Notes: generated from the letters alone by a model not told the origin. DNA of 64,000 nt from a candidate division Kazan bacterium RIFCSPHIGHO2_01_FULL_44_14 (GCA_001771185.1 METB01000001.1:5875-69874); one strand, 5' to 3'. Shown: positions 1-8,938, counted from the first letter of the stretch. Translations and numbers: made by a program.

Positions 1-97
1 CTAAATAACAATTACCAAAACAAAAAATAAAGTTTAGAACATTGGGATTTGGGATTTGTTTGAGATTTGGAGCTTGTAATTTGGGATTTAATTATTT

Positions 98-703
98 ATG
101 CGAACATTACCTAAATCAATTGAGCGGTTAATCACCAGTTTGAGTCAGTTGCCTGGTATCGGACCCAAAACGGCCTCACGGCTGGTGTTCTATTTAATCC
201 GACATAATCAAATAGATTTGTCGGGATTGGGCGAAGCGTTCGCTCGATTAAAGGAGGATTTGGTTTACTGCGGAATATGTCACAACATTGCTGATGCTGA
301 TCCGTGCACAATTTGTACTGACAAAAATCGTCATAGCGAAATGGTGTGTGTGGTTGAGGAGCCATTGGATGTAGTAGCGCTGGAGCGAGCCGGGTTTACT
401 GGTCTGTATCATGTTTTGGGTGGTTCAATTTCACCCCTAGAGGGCGTGGGCCCAAACGATTTGCAGATTAATAGTTTGATTGAGCGGTTGGGAGAAAATC
501 CACAGATTAAAGAGGTGATTATTGCCACTAACCCTGATGTCGAAGGGGAGGCCACCGCAACTTATTTAATAAAACTATTGGACGGTTTGTCCGTGAATGT
601 TTCTCGAATCGCGCGCGGATTACCGATGGGAGGGGATTTGGAATATGCGGATGAGTTAACATTAAGTCGGGCACTTGAGGGTAGAAATAAAGTGGGAGTA
701 TGA
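98..703 (+). CDS. recR: Recombination protein RecR (HhH, C4 zinc finger, Toprim)
   Basis: 201 aa. N-terminal GIGPKTA helix-hairpin-helix, a C-x2-C...C-x2-C zinc finger, and a Toprim segment with DVEGE. ATG at 98. Confidence 0.9.
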   Translation: MRTLPKSIERLITSLSQLPGIGPKTASRLVFYLIRHNQIDLSGLGEAFARLKEDLVYCGICHNIADADPCTICTDKNRHSEMVCVVEEPLDVVALERAGFTGLYHVLGGSISPLEGVGPNDLQINSLIERLGENPQIKEVIIATNPDVEGEATATYLIKLLDGLSVNVSRIARGLPMGGDLEYADELTLSRALEGRNKVGV

Positions 704-1614
704 CAAGGATTAACGGTAGAATCAGTTTTGTATTACAGGCACTATTCGTAGTGTTTTTGTGGTCAGCTGCCAAAATCATCATCAAGATGGGGGTGCAAGA
801 AATTCCACCGTTTATGTTTGCGGCTTTGGTTCAGACAATGGCAGTAGTGGGATTGTTAATTTATTACAAATTTCACAAACGGAAATATCGGCTAAAATTT
901 AATCGCCAAGATGTTCAGTTGATGATTTTGTTGGGATTGGTAACTTTTGGAGGATCAACTTTATTTTCAATTATTGGTTTGCAGTATGTGACAGGTGCAA
1001 CCGCTGGGATGATTGCTGCCCTAAACCCGCTGATGGCGGTCGGATTGTCGGTCGTAATTTTGCGGGAACGTCCAGGCGGTTGGCAATATTTGGGACTAAT
1101 CGGAATGCTAGTCGGAGCATATATTTTCCTGGCTCGGGGCGAAGTGACTGGGGCGCTGATTGGGATTGCATTATTGCTTTTAGCAGAAGCCGGGTTTGCT
1201 TTCAGCAATGTCGTGACTCGGTTAATTTCCCGTCAGCCCGGTGATGAATCACTAACGATTACTTTGGTGGGTAATTTGATCGGGGCGGTGACGCTGATTC
1301 CAATCGGTTTGACGGTAGACGGATTGTCATCAATCGCATTTACTCCGCATTTAGTGTCAATTATTGTGACAGTTGGATTAATTTTTGGATTTGGCGGACT
1401 GTTGTGGGCAGGAGTGCTGGATAAACTAAAAGTGGTGGAGGCCACGGTGTTGTCCAATACCATGATTGTCCAAATGGCTATTTTGTCAGTTCTATTCCTA
1501 GGGGAGGCATTAACTGCCAATAATATTACTGGAGGACTGCTGGTTTTGATTGGAGCGTTAGTAATTGATAAGGGTTTAATTTTGCCACCTCGGTTTACAA
1601 TGAAGATGGTATAG
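700..1614 (+). CDS. EamA/DMT-family membrane transporter
   Basis: 304 aa, about 10 predicted TM helices in two EamA-like halves. The ATGA start overlaps the recR stop. Confidence 0.75.
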   Translation: MTRINGRISFVLQALFVVFLWSAAKIIIKMGVQEIPPFMFAALVQTMAVVGLLIYYKFHKRKYRLKFNRQDVQLMILLGLVTFGGSTLFSIIGLQYVTGATAGMIAALNPLMAVGLSVVILRERPGGWQYLGLIGMLVGAYIFLARGEVTGALIGIALLLLAEAGFAFSNVVTRLISRQPGDESLTITLVGNLIGAVTLIPIGLTVDGLSSIAFTPHLVSIIVTVGLIFGFGGLLWAGVLDKLKVVEATVLSNTMIVQMAILSVLFLGEALTANNITGGLLVLIGALVIDKGLILPPRFTMKMV

Positions 1615-1794
1615 GGGACAGTGATAAGTGATAAGTGAGGATTGAGATAGAAGGTGAAGATATTTAATACATTAGGTCACTCCCTCCTTGTCGTCCTGAG
1701 TGAGGCGTGAGCCGAGTCGAAGGATCTAGTTCTGTTATATAGCAGAACGCTATCGCTAGATTCTTCGCTACGTTCAGAATGACAGTAAATCAAT

Positions 1795-3246
1795 ATGAGT
1801 TTAAAACTTTTCAACACACTCGGTCGGAAGAAGCAGGAATTCAAGCCAATCAAACGTGGTCAGGTTTCGATGTACACCTGTGGACCGACGGTCTATCGGT
1901 CTGCGCACATTGGAAATCTGCGGGCTTATCTATCGGCGGATATTTTGCGGCGGACTTTAGAATATAACGGTTACAAGGTGAAGCAGGTGATGAATGTCAC
2001 GGATGTAGGCCATTTAGTATCTGATGCTGATACTGGTGAAGATAAAGTAGAGCGAGAGTCGAGAAAAACCGGTAAAACTGCTAAAGAAATTACCAAGTTT
2101 TATGCGGAGCAATTCGTAAAAGATATTAAGGCGTTGAATATCGAAATGCCGGTGAAGTTTGCTTGGGCGAGCAAATATATTAAAGAACAGATTGATTTAA
2201 TTAAGCGGCTGGAGAAAAAAGGTTATACCTATAAAACAGCTGACGGGATTTATTTTGATACGGCGAAATTTAAGGGATATGGGAAGCTTGGAACAAGCGG
2301 ATTAGCAGGTAAGCAGGTAAGCAGGGTAGCGCATAGTAAAGAAAAGAAAAGAGAGGCCGATTTTGCGTTGTGGAAATTTTCTGGCAAGGAAAAACGGCAG
2401 CAGGAGTGGAAATCTCCGTGGGGGGTGGGATTCCCCGGCTGGCATATTGAGTGTTCGGCAATTTCCACCAAAGAATTGGGCCAGCCGTTCGATATTCATA
2501 CTGGCGGGATTGATCATGTCTTGATTCACCACAATGATGAAATTGCGCAGAGCGAAGCAGCTTATGGTAAGCCGCTGGCCAATTTCTGGGTGCATAATGA
2601 ATTTTTGCTGATGAATGACAAAAAGATAGCTAAGAGTGCCAAGAATTTTTATACCTTGTCGGATATTATAAAATTAGGATTTGAGCCGTTGGTATTGCGG
2701 TATTTTATGATTTCTGGCCAATACAGCAGTAAATTGAATTTTTCGAAAGCGGCGTTAGAGGGGGCGCAAAATTCTCTCAATAAATTACAAGCAGTATTTA
2801 GCATCTCTGCCTCGTCATCACCGACTCGATCGGGGATCCAGAAAGGAAAAACAAAAATGGATTCCCGCCTTCGTGGGAATGACAAAGGGGGAGTGGACGC
2901 AACATACAAAAAACGCTTTTTGTCTGCTTTAAACGACAACCTAAATCTGCCGAAGGCGTTGGCGGTAGTTTGGGAGTTATTGAAGTCGAAAAAGTCGTTG
3001 GCGGACAAACAAGTTACTTTATTGGATTTCGATAAGGTTTTGGGATTGGGATTGAAAGATTATAAACCAGAGGGGATCCCCGCCGAAGTTAAAAAATTGG
3101 CAGCAGAGCGAGAAATTGCCCGAAAGAAAAAAGATTGGAGCAAAGCTGATCAACTAAGGCGGGTAAGCAAAGGGTATTGGAATACCAGACCGATGAGATG
3201 CAAATTCCGCCTCAAGATCCGTGGGACGGACTATACCGTTTCGTAA
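1795..3246 (+). CDS. cysS: Cysteinyl-tRNA synthetase; carries an in-frame repeat-derived insertion at about 2820-2890
   Basis: Class I aaRS: CGPTVY, HIGN, a Zn-binding Cys near WHIECS, and a KIAKS (KMSKS-like) motif. About 20 extra residues (SSSPTRSGIQKGKTKMDSRLRGNDKGG) are encoded by a palindromic repeat module. Confidence 0.9.
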   Translation: MSLKLFNTLGRKKQEFKPIKRGQVSMYTCGPTVYRSAHIGNLRAYLSADILRRTLEYNGYKVKQVMNVTDVGHLVSDADTGEDKVERESRKTGKTAKEITKFYAEQFVKDIKALNIEMPVKFAWASKYIKEQIDLIKRLEKKGYTYKTADGIYFDTAKFKGYGKLGTSGLAGKQVSRVAHSKEKKREADFALWKFSGKEKRQQEWKSPWGVGFPGWHIECSAISTKELGQPFDIHTGGIDHVLIHHNDEIAQSEAAYGKPLANFWVHNEFLLMNDKKIAKSAKNFYTLSDIIKLGFEPLVLRYFMISGQYSSKLNFSKAALEGAQNSLNKLQAVFSISASSSPTRSGIQKGKTKMDSRLRGNDKGGVDATYKKRFLSALNDNLNLPKALAVVWELLKSKKSLADKQVTLLDFDKVLGLGLKDYKPEGIPAEVKKLAAEREIARKKKDWSKADQLRRVSKGYWNTRPMRCKFRLKIRGTDYTVS

Positions 3247-3440
3247 TGTTTGATATCCCGGAACGGAAAAAGCTGGCGCGGGAGGTATTTCGCGGTAAGC
3301 TGGTCCAGCTGGGTTTTAAAAAGATTCAGTATAGCGTTTGGCGACATCAGTATCCCTGTCAGCGGGAAATTGAATTTCTGGTTCATCTTTATGGGATTGC
3401 TGGATATGTTGATGTCGTGGAGGGTAAAAAAATTTCGTAG
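3198..3440 (+). CDS. Cas2-like (Cas2/VapD fold) small protein, solo; overlaps the cysS 3' end
   Basis: The motif RFVMFDIPERKKLAREVFRGKLVQLGFKKIQYSVW matches the Cas2 beta1-Asp...YG.R.Q.SVF core. It is paralogous to the C-terminus of the ORF at 27501-28001. The ATG at 3198 (an alternative TTG lies at 3177) is in a different frame from cysS and overlaps it. Confidence 0.5.
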   Translation: MQIPPQDPWDGLYRFVMFDIPERKKLAREVFRGKLVQLGFKKIQYSVWRHQYPCQREIEFLVHLYGIAGYVDVVEGKKIS

Positions 3441-3490
3441 TTTATCCATCTTTTAATGATAATCAAGGGGAAGAGTGGGAGTCAGAATAC

Positions 3491-3522
3491 GCCGAGTTGA
3501 AGCGGCCGCTTCAACTCGGCGT
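3491..3522. repeat. 32-nt perfect palindrome cgccgagttgaagcGGCCgcttcaactcggcg downstream of the Cas2-like gene
   Basis: The sequence equals its own reverse complement. GTAGGATAGG direct repeats follow it. Confidence 0.7.
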
Positions 3523-4008
3523 GAAGGGTAGGTAGGATAGGGCAGACAGGTAGGATAGGACAGATGCGGAAGTGAGCCATAGATAAATAGTGGAAAAAGT
3601 AAAAGGCCACCCGGGGTAAACCCAAGTGGCCTGTTTTGTGCGCGACAGTCCCAGAACCGTAAACGAAATGAAGGAAGAAAAAGTTTACGGCCTCCGCCTG
3701 GACTCACTCCGTTTCCCATACCACCTTGTATGGTTTGGATTTTCGTCGCGCTTCCGCCCCCTGGCAGCGTTTGGGAGGTGAGTTTTGAAAACAAATCTCA
3801 CGCCTGATTAGGAGCGGAAAGTTAGGAGGGAGATGCAATGGCGGGTGACTTATAAAAAGATGATTGCCAGCGAACGCCGAGTCACCCTAAGGAACATGAT
3901 AGATGATGACAAATAACCCTCCGACTATAAGACGCTATCATATGGCTGATTTTAAGTCAAGCACAAAAACTTGGCTCTAGACCAATAAAAAGTGGTAGGG
4001 GATAGGTG

Positions 4009-4671
4009 TTATTTCTGGTCCTGCTTGAACCAGATAAAGGACATTAGAATTGGTAAACATCCGGCAATCGCAACTCCAACCATGGGAACATAGAAATTGT
4101 AAGGGGTGGGCATAAACGGCGAGAGCAGAAATAGGACGCCGCCGATGGCGAAGGTATAGGCGCCCAGGCGATGAGTTTTTTGCCAGTTGGCTTCGCTGTC
4201 TAATGTCCATGGGGTTCGAATCCCCATAAAAAAATTGGATTTAACTTGAGTCAAATAATTGCCAATAAAGATAAACAAGATTCCAACTGAAACCGGAACG
4301 ATTTTGCCAACAGCGATCGCATTTCCAGTAATCGCAGCGTAGGTGGTTAGTCCGTACATAAAAGCGAAAAATACCATCATAAAATTACGAATCATTTGGT
4401 AGAAACCCCATGATTCAAGGAAGTGCTGACGGCGTGGCTCGATGTGAGGTAGGAGCAAAAAAAGTAGATACAGAGCCAACATCATGCCGGGGAACATCAA
4501 CACATGTCCTAGGGGCGTGGTCCAATCATCAACTTGTCCACTAATTCCCCAATGGGATGGGACTTCACTAGGAAGTAGGGGATAGGCCCAGATGGCGGTG
4601 GCAATCACGGCCACAATTAACAGAATTGATAGCCATTCCGACTTAAAAGTGAATTGGATTTTTTGCATCAT
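4009..4671 (-). CDS. SdpI/YhfL-like multi-pass membrane protein (DUF1648-like)
   Basis: 220 aa, about 6 TM helices. It is co-directional with, and overlaps by 4 nt, an upstream ArsR-type regulator, matching the SdpR-SdpI architecture. Confidence 0.55.
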   Translation of the reverse strand: MMQKIQFTFKSEWLSILLIVAVIATAIWAYPLLPSEVPSHWGISGQVDDWTTPLGHVLMFPGMMLALYLLFLLLPHIEPRRQHFLESWGFYQMIRNFMMVFFAFMYGLTTYAAITGNAIAVGKIVPVSVGILFIFIGNYLTQVKSNFFMGIRTPWTLDSEANWQKTHRLGAYTFAIGGVLFLLSPFMPTPYNFYVPMVGVAIAGCLPILMSFIWFKQDQK

Positions 4672-4937
4672 TTGAATCCCTCCAAAAAATTATTTAATAT
4701 TTCATAGAACACAGTAGCGTTGAGTGAGTAATAGATTTTCTGACCCTCCTTGTCGGCGGTGATGAGGTTGGCGGATTTGAGCAGGGCCAAGTGGTGGGAC
4801 AGGGACGGCTTAGAAATCGGGAAGAAGGTGGTCATCTCCCCTGGGGTCATCGAACGGTTGCGGAGTTTTTTTAGAATATCTCGACGAGTTGGATCGGATA
4901 ATGCTTTGAAAGCCAAAGATACGTCGCGGATAGCCAT
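4668..4937 (-). CDS. ArsR/SdpR-family winged-HTH transcriptional repressor
   Basis: 89 aa. LSDPTRRDILKKL...SLSHHLALLKSANLI is a typical ArsR HTH. Confidence 0.8.
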   Translation of the reverse strand: MAIRDVSLAFKALSDPTRRDILKKLRNRSMTPGEMTTFFPISKPSLSHHLALLKSANLITADKEGQKIYYSLNATVFYEILNNFLEGFK

Positions 4938-4942
4938 AGGTG

Positions 4943-4976
4943 TATATTTAGATATTTGTCTAACTATCTAAATATA
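4943..4976. promoter_or_regulatory. 12-bp perfect inverted repeat (TATATTTAGATA-N10-TATCTAAATATA); candidate operator for the ArsR/SdpR regulator
   Basis: It lies 6 bp upstream of the regulator start codon and is read directly from the sequence. Confidence 0.5.
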
Positions 4977-5540
4977 GTTGAGGTTTCAAAGAGTGTCAAG
5001 AGGGGAGATAATTTCCAGAAGGGTGGTTTTTGAGGTTTTTGGGATTTTCAAATTTCTTTTGTTTATTTTTGTTATTTTTTTTGCAACGCCTGTGTCGCGT
5101 TGCATCGATGGTTTTTGCCACCCCATTTGCTTGTCCAAATGGGGTGGCGCCCCAAAAGACACCCCACTCACCAATTGCTAGCCAAAATAGAAAATCACCC
5201 TTTCTGGTCTCCTCGCCCGCATTGCTACGCAAAGCGTTGCGGGCGGGTAACGCAAACTCGTCGCTACGCTCCTCAAACATGCTGGACCAAGCAGGTGATT
5301 TTCTAATTGGCGAACCCGCCTACCGGCAGGCAGGCGCAATTGGTTCGATGGGTCCTGGTAAGATTAACACCCAGGAGAATTGAGAGGATACCATAACTTT
5401 TAACTATCTCCATCTCTCCCCTGCCTGCCTGCCCGCCTGCCGGAGGACAGGTAGGCCTGCTGGTTTACAAAAAATTGGCCCTGGGCTAGGGCGGCGCCCC
5501 GTAGTGAAAAATTGGCACTGCTTGGCTTTTGGGCGAAGCC

Positions 5541-5568
5541 CTGACAATTTCTACTACCGGGGTATAAT
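5541..5568 (+). promoter_or_regulatory. Sigma70-like promoter (CTGACA-N16-TATAAT) for the tRNA
   Basis: The -10 TATAAT at 5563-5568 is 10 nt upstream of the tRNA 5' end. Confidence 0.45.
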
Positions 5569-5578
5569 CAGGTTGTAT

Positions 5579-5652
5579 TCCCGGATCGTCTAGCGGCAGG
5601 ACACTTGGTTTTGGTCCAAGGAACCGGGGTTCGAATCCCTGTCCGGGAGCCA
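5579..5652 (+). tRNA. tRNA-Gln (anticodon UUG), CCA encoded
   Basis: Acceptor stem tcccgga/tccggga, a GGTTCGAATCC T-loop, an anticodon loop uuUUGgu, and a 3' gCCA. Confidence 0.8.
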
Positions 5653-5775
5653 GAGGTTTCAGTGTGGAATTCTCATCCCATTTGGCGTGAAAATTTATAA
5701 GGAATAAAAAGTTTTCTGGATATAAAAAAGACGAGCGATGCTCGTCTTTTAGTTTTTAAGAACAAGAACAAGAAG

Positions 5776-6129
5776 TCAGGTCACTGCCGGGAAATGGAAA
5801 TCTGGTGGGAGTTTGGCAAGGAGGCGATACGCTTCTTGGTCCATCTGCTTACCCAGACGGCGCTGCTGTTGCTGTTTTGCTCGGATTTCTTCATTAATCT
5901 GCCAGATCGGCATTGGCTCGGGGCCTTCTGCCAGAATCGTCTCAAGTGAGGATGGCATAACCCACGAATAGTCAATCGGAGCGGTTCTCCGCATCTCGAT
6001 GAGCCCTCCTATTTCTCTCTCGACTTCCATGTACTGGTCATCGAGTTTCTTAAAGGATGGTTGGCTCATCAACCAGTCCCACAAGTTATCTCGGCGCTTG
6101 AACTCCCGAACCTTGCGCCGGATTGACAT
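5776..6129 (-). CDS. Hypothetical protein (about 118 aa)
   Basis: The ORF at 5776-6264 is trimmed to the Met at 6129 because a strong promoter lies inside the longer ORF. No recognisable domain. Confidence 0.4.
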   Translation of the reverse strand: MSIRRKVREFKRRDNLWDWLMSQPSFKKLDDQYMEVEREIGGLIEMRRTAPIDYSWVMPSSLETILAEGPEPMPIWQINEEIRAKQQQQRRLGKQMDQEAYRLLAKLPPDFHFPAVT

Positions 6130-6202
6130 CGATCCAAATATAGCACTAATCCGCTTGGCTAAGAAGATAAACAAGGTGCACCTCCAACACAAAGATAGTT
6201 GC

Positions 6203-6231
6203 AGTATAAATGATTTAGGACTTTTAGTCAA
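6203..6231 (-). promoter_or_regulatory. Sigma70 promoter on the minus strand: TTGACT-N17-TATACT
   Basis: The reverse complement of 6203-6231 reads ttgact aaaagtcctaaatcatt tatact. Confidence 0.5.
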
Positions 6232-6306
6232 TAGAAAATCTTGTCTGGGAGCGACTTTTAGCATAAGATAAAAGGGCTATAATTTAAGATAAAGGGGAGC
6301 CAAATC

Positions 6307-6726
6307 ATGAAATATGTTTATTGGATTCTCGGTCTAGTGGTGTTGGCGGGAATTGGTTGGTTAGCATCTCAAAGTCAGCCGGTGATAAATAATTCAGCAG
6401 TCGAAACTGCCGAGGTTATCGTAAACAGTCCGACAGCGAATTCTACCATCACCAGTCCGCTGACGGTGAGCGGAACGGCAGTTGGAAATTGGTATTTTGA
6501 GGCGTCATTTCCAATCGAACTGTTAAATACTAGCAATCAAGTAGTTGGTACTGGTCTGGCTGAAGCGCAGAGTGATTGGATGACATCTAGTCCAGTCCCC
6601 TTTAATGCAAATATTATTTTTCCGACTCAAACCCCAGGCAGTAGTGGAAGTTTGGTACTGCACAAAGATAATCCGTCAGGCGATTCGCAGAATGACGATT
6701 CGTTTACTGTCCCGGTAATGTTCTAG
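6307..6726 (+). CDS. Secreted Gmad2-type Ig-like domain protein
   Basis: A signal anchor is followed by SPLTVSGTAVGNWYFEASFPIEL, typical of the Gmad2 immunoglobulin-like fold. Confidence 0.55.
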   Translation: MKYVYWILGLVVLAGIGWLASQSQPVINNSAVETAEVIVNSPTANSTITSPLTVSGTAVGNWYFEASFPIELLNTSNQVVGTGLAEAQSDWMTSSPVPFNANIIFPTQTPGSSGSLVLHKDNPSGDSQNDDSFTVPVMF

Positions 6727-6801
6727 AAAATTTAAGTAGTTTAAACAAATCCCCCAGTTTCGGATGGGGGATTTTTGCAAACAAAATTAACGACGAAGCA
6801 A

Positions 6802-7755
6802 TTAAGTTGTAATGGTCGATAAATTATGAATGGCGTAGACGGCATAGACAATAAACAGCAATATTCCTTCCCGGCGAGTTAGCATATTTTTTGACCACAT
6901 CAAGATGCCGAATAGCGCGACCGAAACCAGCAAAAAGATGGCCGAGATGTTGGTACTAACTGGAGCCGCGATAGCAAATGGTGAGATTAAAGCCAATAAT
7001 CCAAGGGTGGGTACATTCAACAAAACATTGCCAAGCAAATCTCCGAGGATAAGGTTGTGAGATTGTTTGCGCGATTGAGTTAAGACCAAGGTTACTTCTG
7101 GCAGATTGGTGCCAATGGACAAAATTAATAGACCGATTAGTAGCGGTGAAACCGATAGGGTGGAGGCAACCACTAGGGATGAATTGACCAGATAATGAGC
7201 CAAAACCAAGATGGCAACTAGGGATAACAAAAGTTTAAGGATTTCGATGACCAAATGAGAATTGCGGTGATTCGGAGAGGGAAGAGCGAGATGTTTTTCA
7301 TAGATATTGCGGCGCTGGTACATTCGGCCGATGAATAATAAGTAGGCGCCGATTAGCCAGAGTCCATCAAGTCGAGTCAACTGGCCGTCAAAAATGGCGA
7401 CTACCGGTAGGGCACTAATAATTAGATACATCAGAAAGTCGTCATTTCTCAAAAATCGGTTAATTGATAATTTGCCGGATAAAATCGCTGCCAGGCCGGC
7501 CAAAAGCGATAAAATTACAATACTGGCTCCGAGCAAATTACCCAAAGACAACCCTGGAGCATGCTGAAGAGCGGAATCAATCGCCACCGTGATTTCCGGC
7601 GTAGAAGTAGCCACACCGACTACAAAGAAACCAATCACAAAATCATTGGTATGAAAATATTTGGCGATCCGATGGGCACTCTTGGTGGCGAATTTGGCTG
7701 CCAATCCAAGCGCACAGGATAAACCGAGCAAAAGTAAAATATGAGTAATCAGCAT
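6802..7755 (-). CDS. Ca2+/cation antiporter (CaCA/YrbG family)
   Basis: 317 aa with two alpha-repeat halves. The motifs GNLLGASIVILSL and GTNLPE(V)T are present. Confidence 0.8.
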   Translation of the reverse strand: MLITHILLLLGLSCALGLAAKFATKSAHRIAKYFHTNDFVIGFFVVGVATSTPEITVAIDSALQHAPGLSLGNLLGASIVILSLLAGLAAILSGKLSINRFLRNDDFLMYLIISALPVVAIFDGQLTRLDGLWLIGAYLLFIGRMYQRRNIYEKHLALPSPNHRNSHLVIEILKLLLSLVAILVLAHYLVNSSLVVASTLSVSPLLIGLLILSIGTNLPEVTLVLTQSRKQSHNLILGDLLGNVLLNVPTLGLLALISPFAIAAPVSTNISAIFLLVSVALFGILMWSKNMLTRREGILLFIVYAVYAIHNLSTITT

Positions 7756-7908
7756 GAGTGAGTGATAATCTGAATTATATTATATCAATCTAATTCAATA
7801 AATCAGAGCGGGTTGGGGGCGGATAATGCTTACGCAGTTAATTGGTTAGCGAGATTCCTGCAATTAGATGAACGGCCGTTCAGTATATTGCAAAATATGA
7901 CATAGGGA

Positions 7909-7946
7909 TGACAAAGGACTGACAGAGAATTGACAGAGGGCTGACA
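7909..7946. promoter_or_regulatory. Four TGACA(R)AG boxes at an exact 11-bp period
   Basis: TGACA starts at 7909, 7920, 7931 and 7942, in the divergent region between the CaCA gene and the ORF at 7988. Confidence 0.4.
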
Positions 7947-7987
7947 AAAAACTTAAGTATTCGGAGATTGGTTGATGGGATGGTAAA

Positions 7988-8938
7988 ATGAAACCAATGG
8001 AACAGACAGTCAGATACAACTTTGCCCGAGACGGATTTATCTATCTGTTGAGTTACGCCACCTTGGTGATTACTAGTGTGAGCGTAAACTTTTTGGCTAA
8101 GGCACTGGTGAATCGGTGGATACCGGATGCAGTTAGCAATGAATTCTTGGCGATGGATAGCGCGATTATCGGATTTCTAGCGGCAGCAGTAATCGCTCTG
8201 CCGGTGTTTGTCTATTTGAGTTATTTGGCCAATAAGATGCTGGGGAATAAGACCATGCGGGCGGATAGCGGAGTCCGCCATTGGTTGATTTACATCACGC
8301 TGGTGATAGTGATTTTGATTATTATTTGGCAGTTGGCGGTGTTGTTTTTCTCGTTTCTGAACGGGACATTAATACTCCAGTTTGGCGTCCACACGCTGAT
8401 TACCCTAATTATTTCTGGGTTGATTTTGTGGTATCAATGGTGGCATTTGAAGTTTTTTGCTGGCGAACCAAAAAAACTGGGGATTGGGTTCAAAGTGTTT
8501 GAATGGACAGTTTTATTGGTGGTGGTGGCAATCATTGGCTGGACATTTGCGACCATTGCCAGTCCAGCAGAACAGCGCGCCAAAAATTTGGATAGAATGC
8601 GAGTGGAACGGTTAACTAGTATTCGTGACGCAGTTCAGTCGTTTTACGGTTGGGAGAAGACCAGCGGTCATGCGCGGTTGCCAAAAACTTTGCAAGAACT
8701 GGAAAGTGATGCCAATGTCTACCTGATGGGGGATGCCCTGAAAGATCCAGCGACAAAAGCACAGTTTGATTATCGGATTATTACGGCTACCCAGTATGAG
8801 TTGTGTGCTACGTTTGATACCGAATTTAAAGAAGCCAATACAGCCACTAGACCGATAGCCGAGTCGGTGCCGGATAATCGAACCAAGCAGTTCTATCACG
8901 GCATTGGTCGGAGCTGTTTTGCGCTCTCAACGCAGTAA
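7988..8938 (+). CDS. Polytopic membrane protein with a C-terminal soluble domain, function unknown
   Basis: 316 aa: about 6 N-terminal TM helices, then a roughly 130-aa hydrophilic domain. Confidence 0.5.
   Translation: MKPMEQTVRYNFARDGFIYLLSYATLVITSVSVNFLAKALVNRWIPDAVSNEFLAMDSAIIGFLAAAVIALPVFVYLSYLANKMLGNKTMRADSGVRHWLIYITLVIVILIIIWQLAVLFFSFLNGTLILQFGVHTLITLIISGLILWYQWWHLKFFAGEPKKLGIGFKVFEWTVLLVVVAIIGWTFATIASPAEQRAKNLDRMRVERLTSIRDAVQSFYGWEKTSGHARLPKTLQELESDANVYLMGDALKDPATKAQFDYRIITATQYELCATFDTEFKEANTATRPIAESVPDNRTKQFYHGIGRSCFALSTQ

Noticed and set aside
1779-1967. Alternative upstream start (ATGACAGTA…) for cysS
   Set aside because: It is in a different frame from cysS. The ATGACAG here is part of the recurrent repeat half-site, not a start codon.
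3453-3794. 113-aa minus-strand ORF
   Set aside because: It covers the palindrome and direct-repeat region, has biased composition, and shows no coding signal.
3640-3990. Possible tmRNA or RNase P RNA in the long spacer between the Cas2-like gene and the SdpI-like gene
   Set aside because: There is no tRNA-like 3' end (GGTTCGA…CCA) and no P4 consensus (GGAAAGUCCGG). The stretch is left as unassigned spacer rich in GTAGGATAGG repeats.
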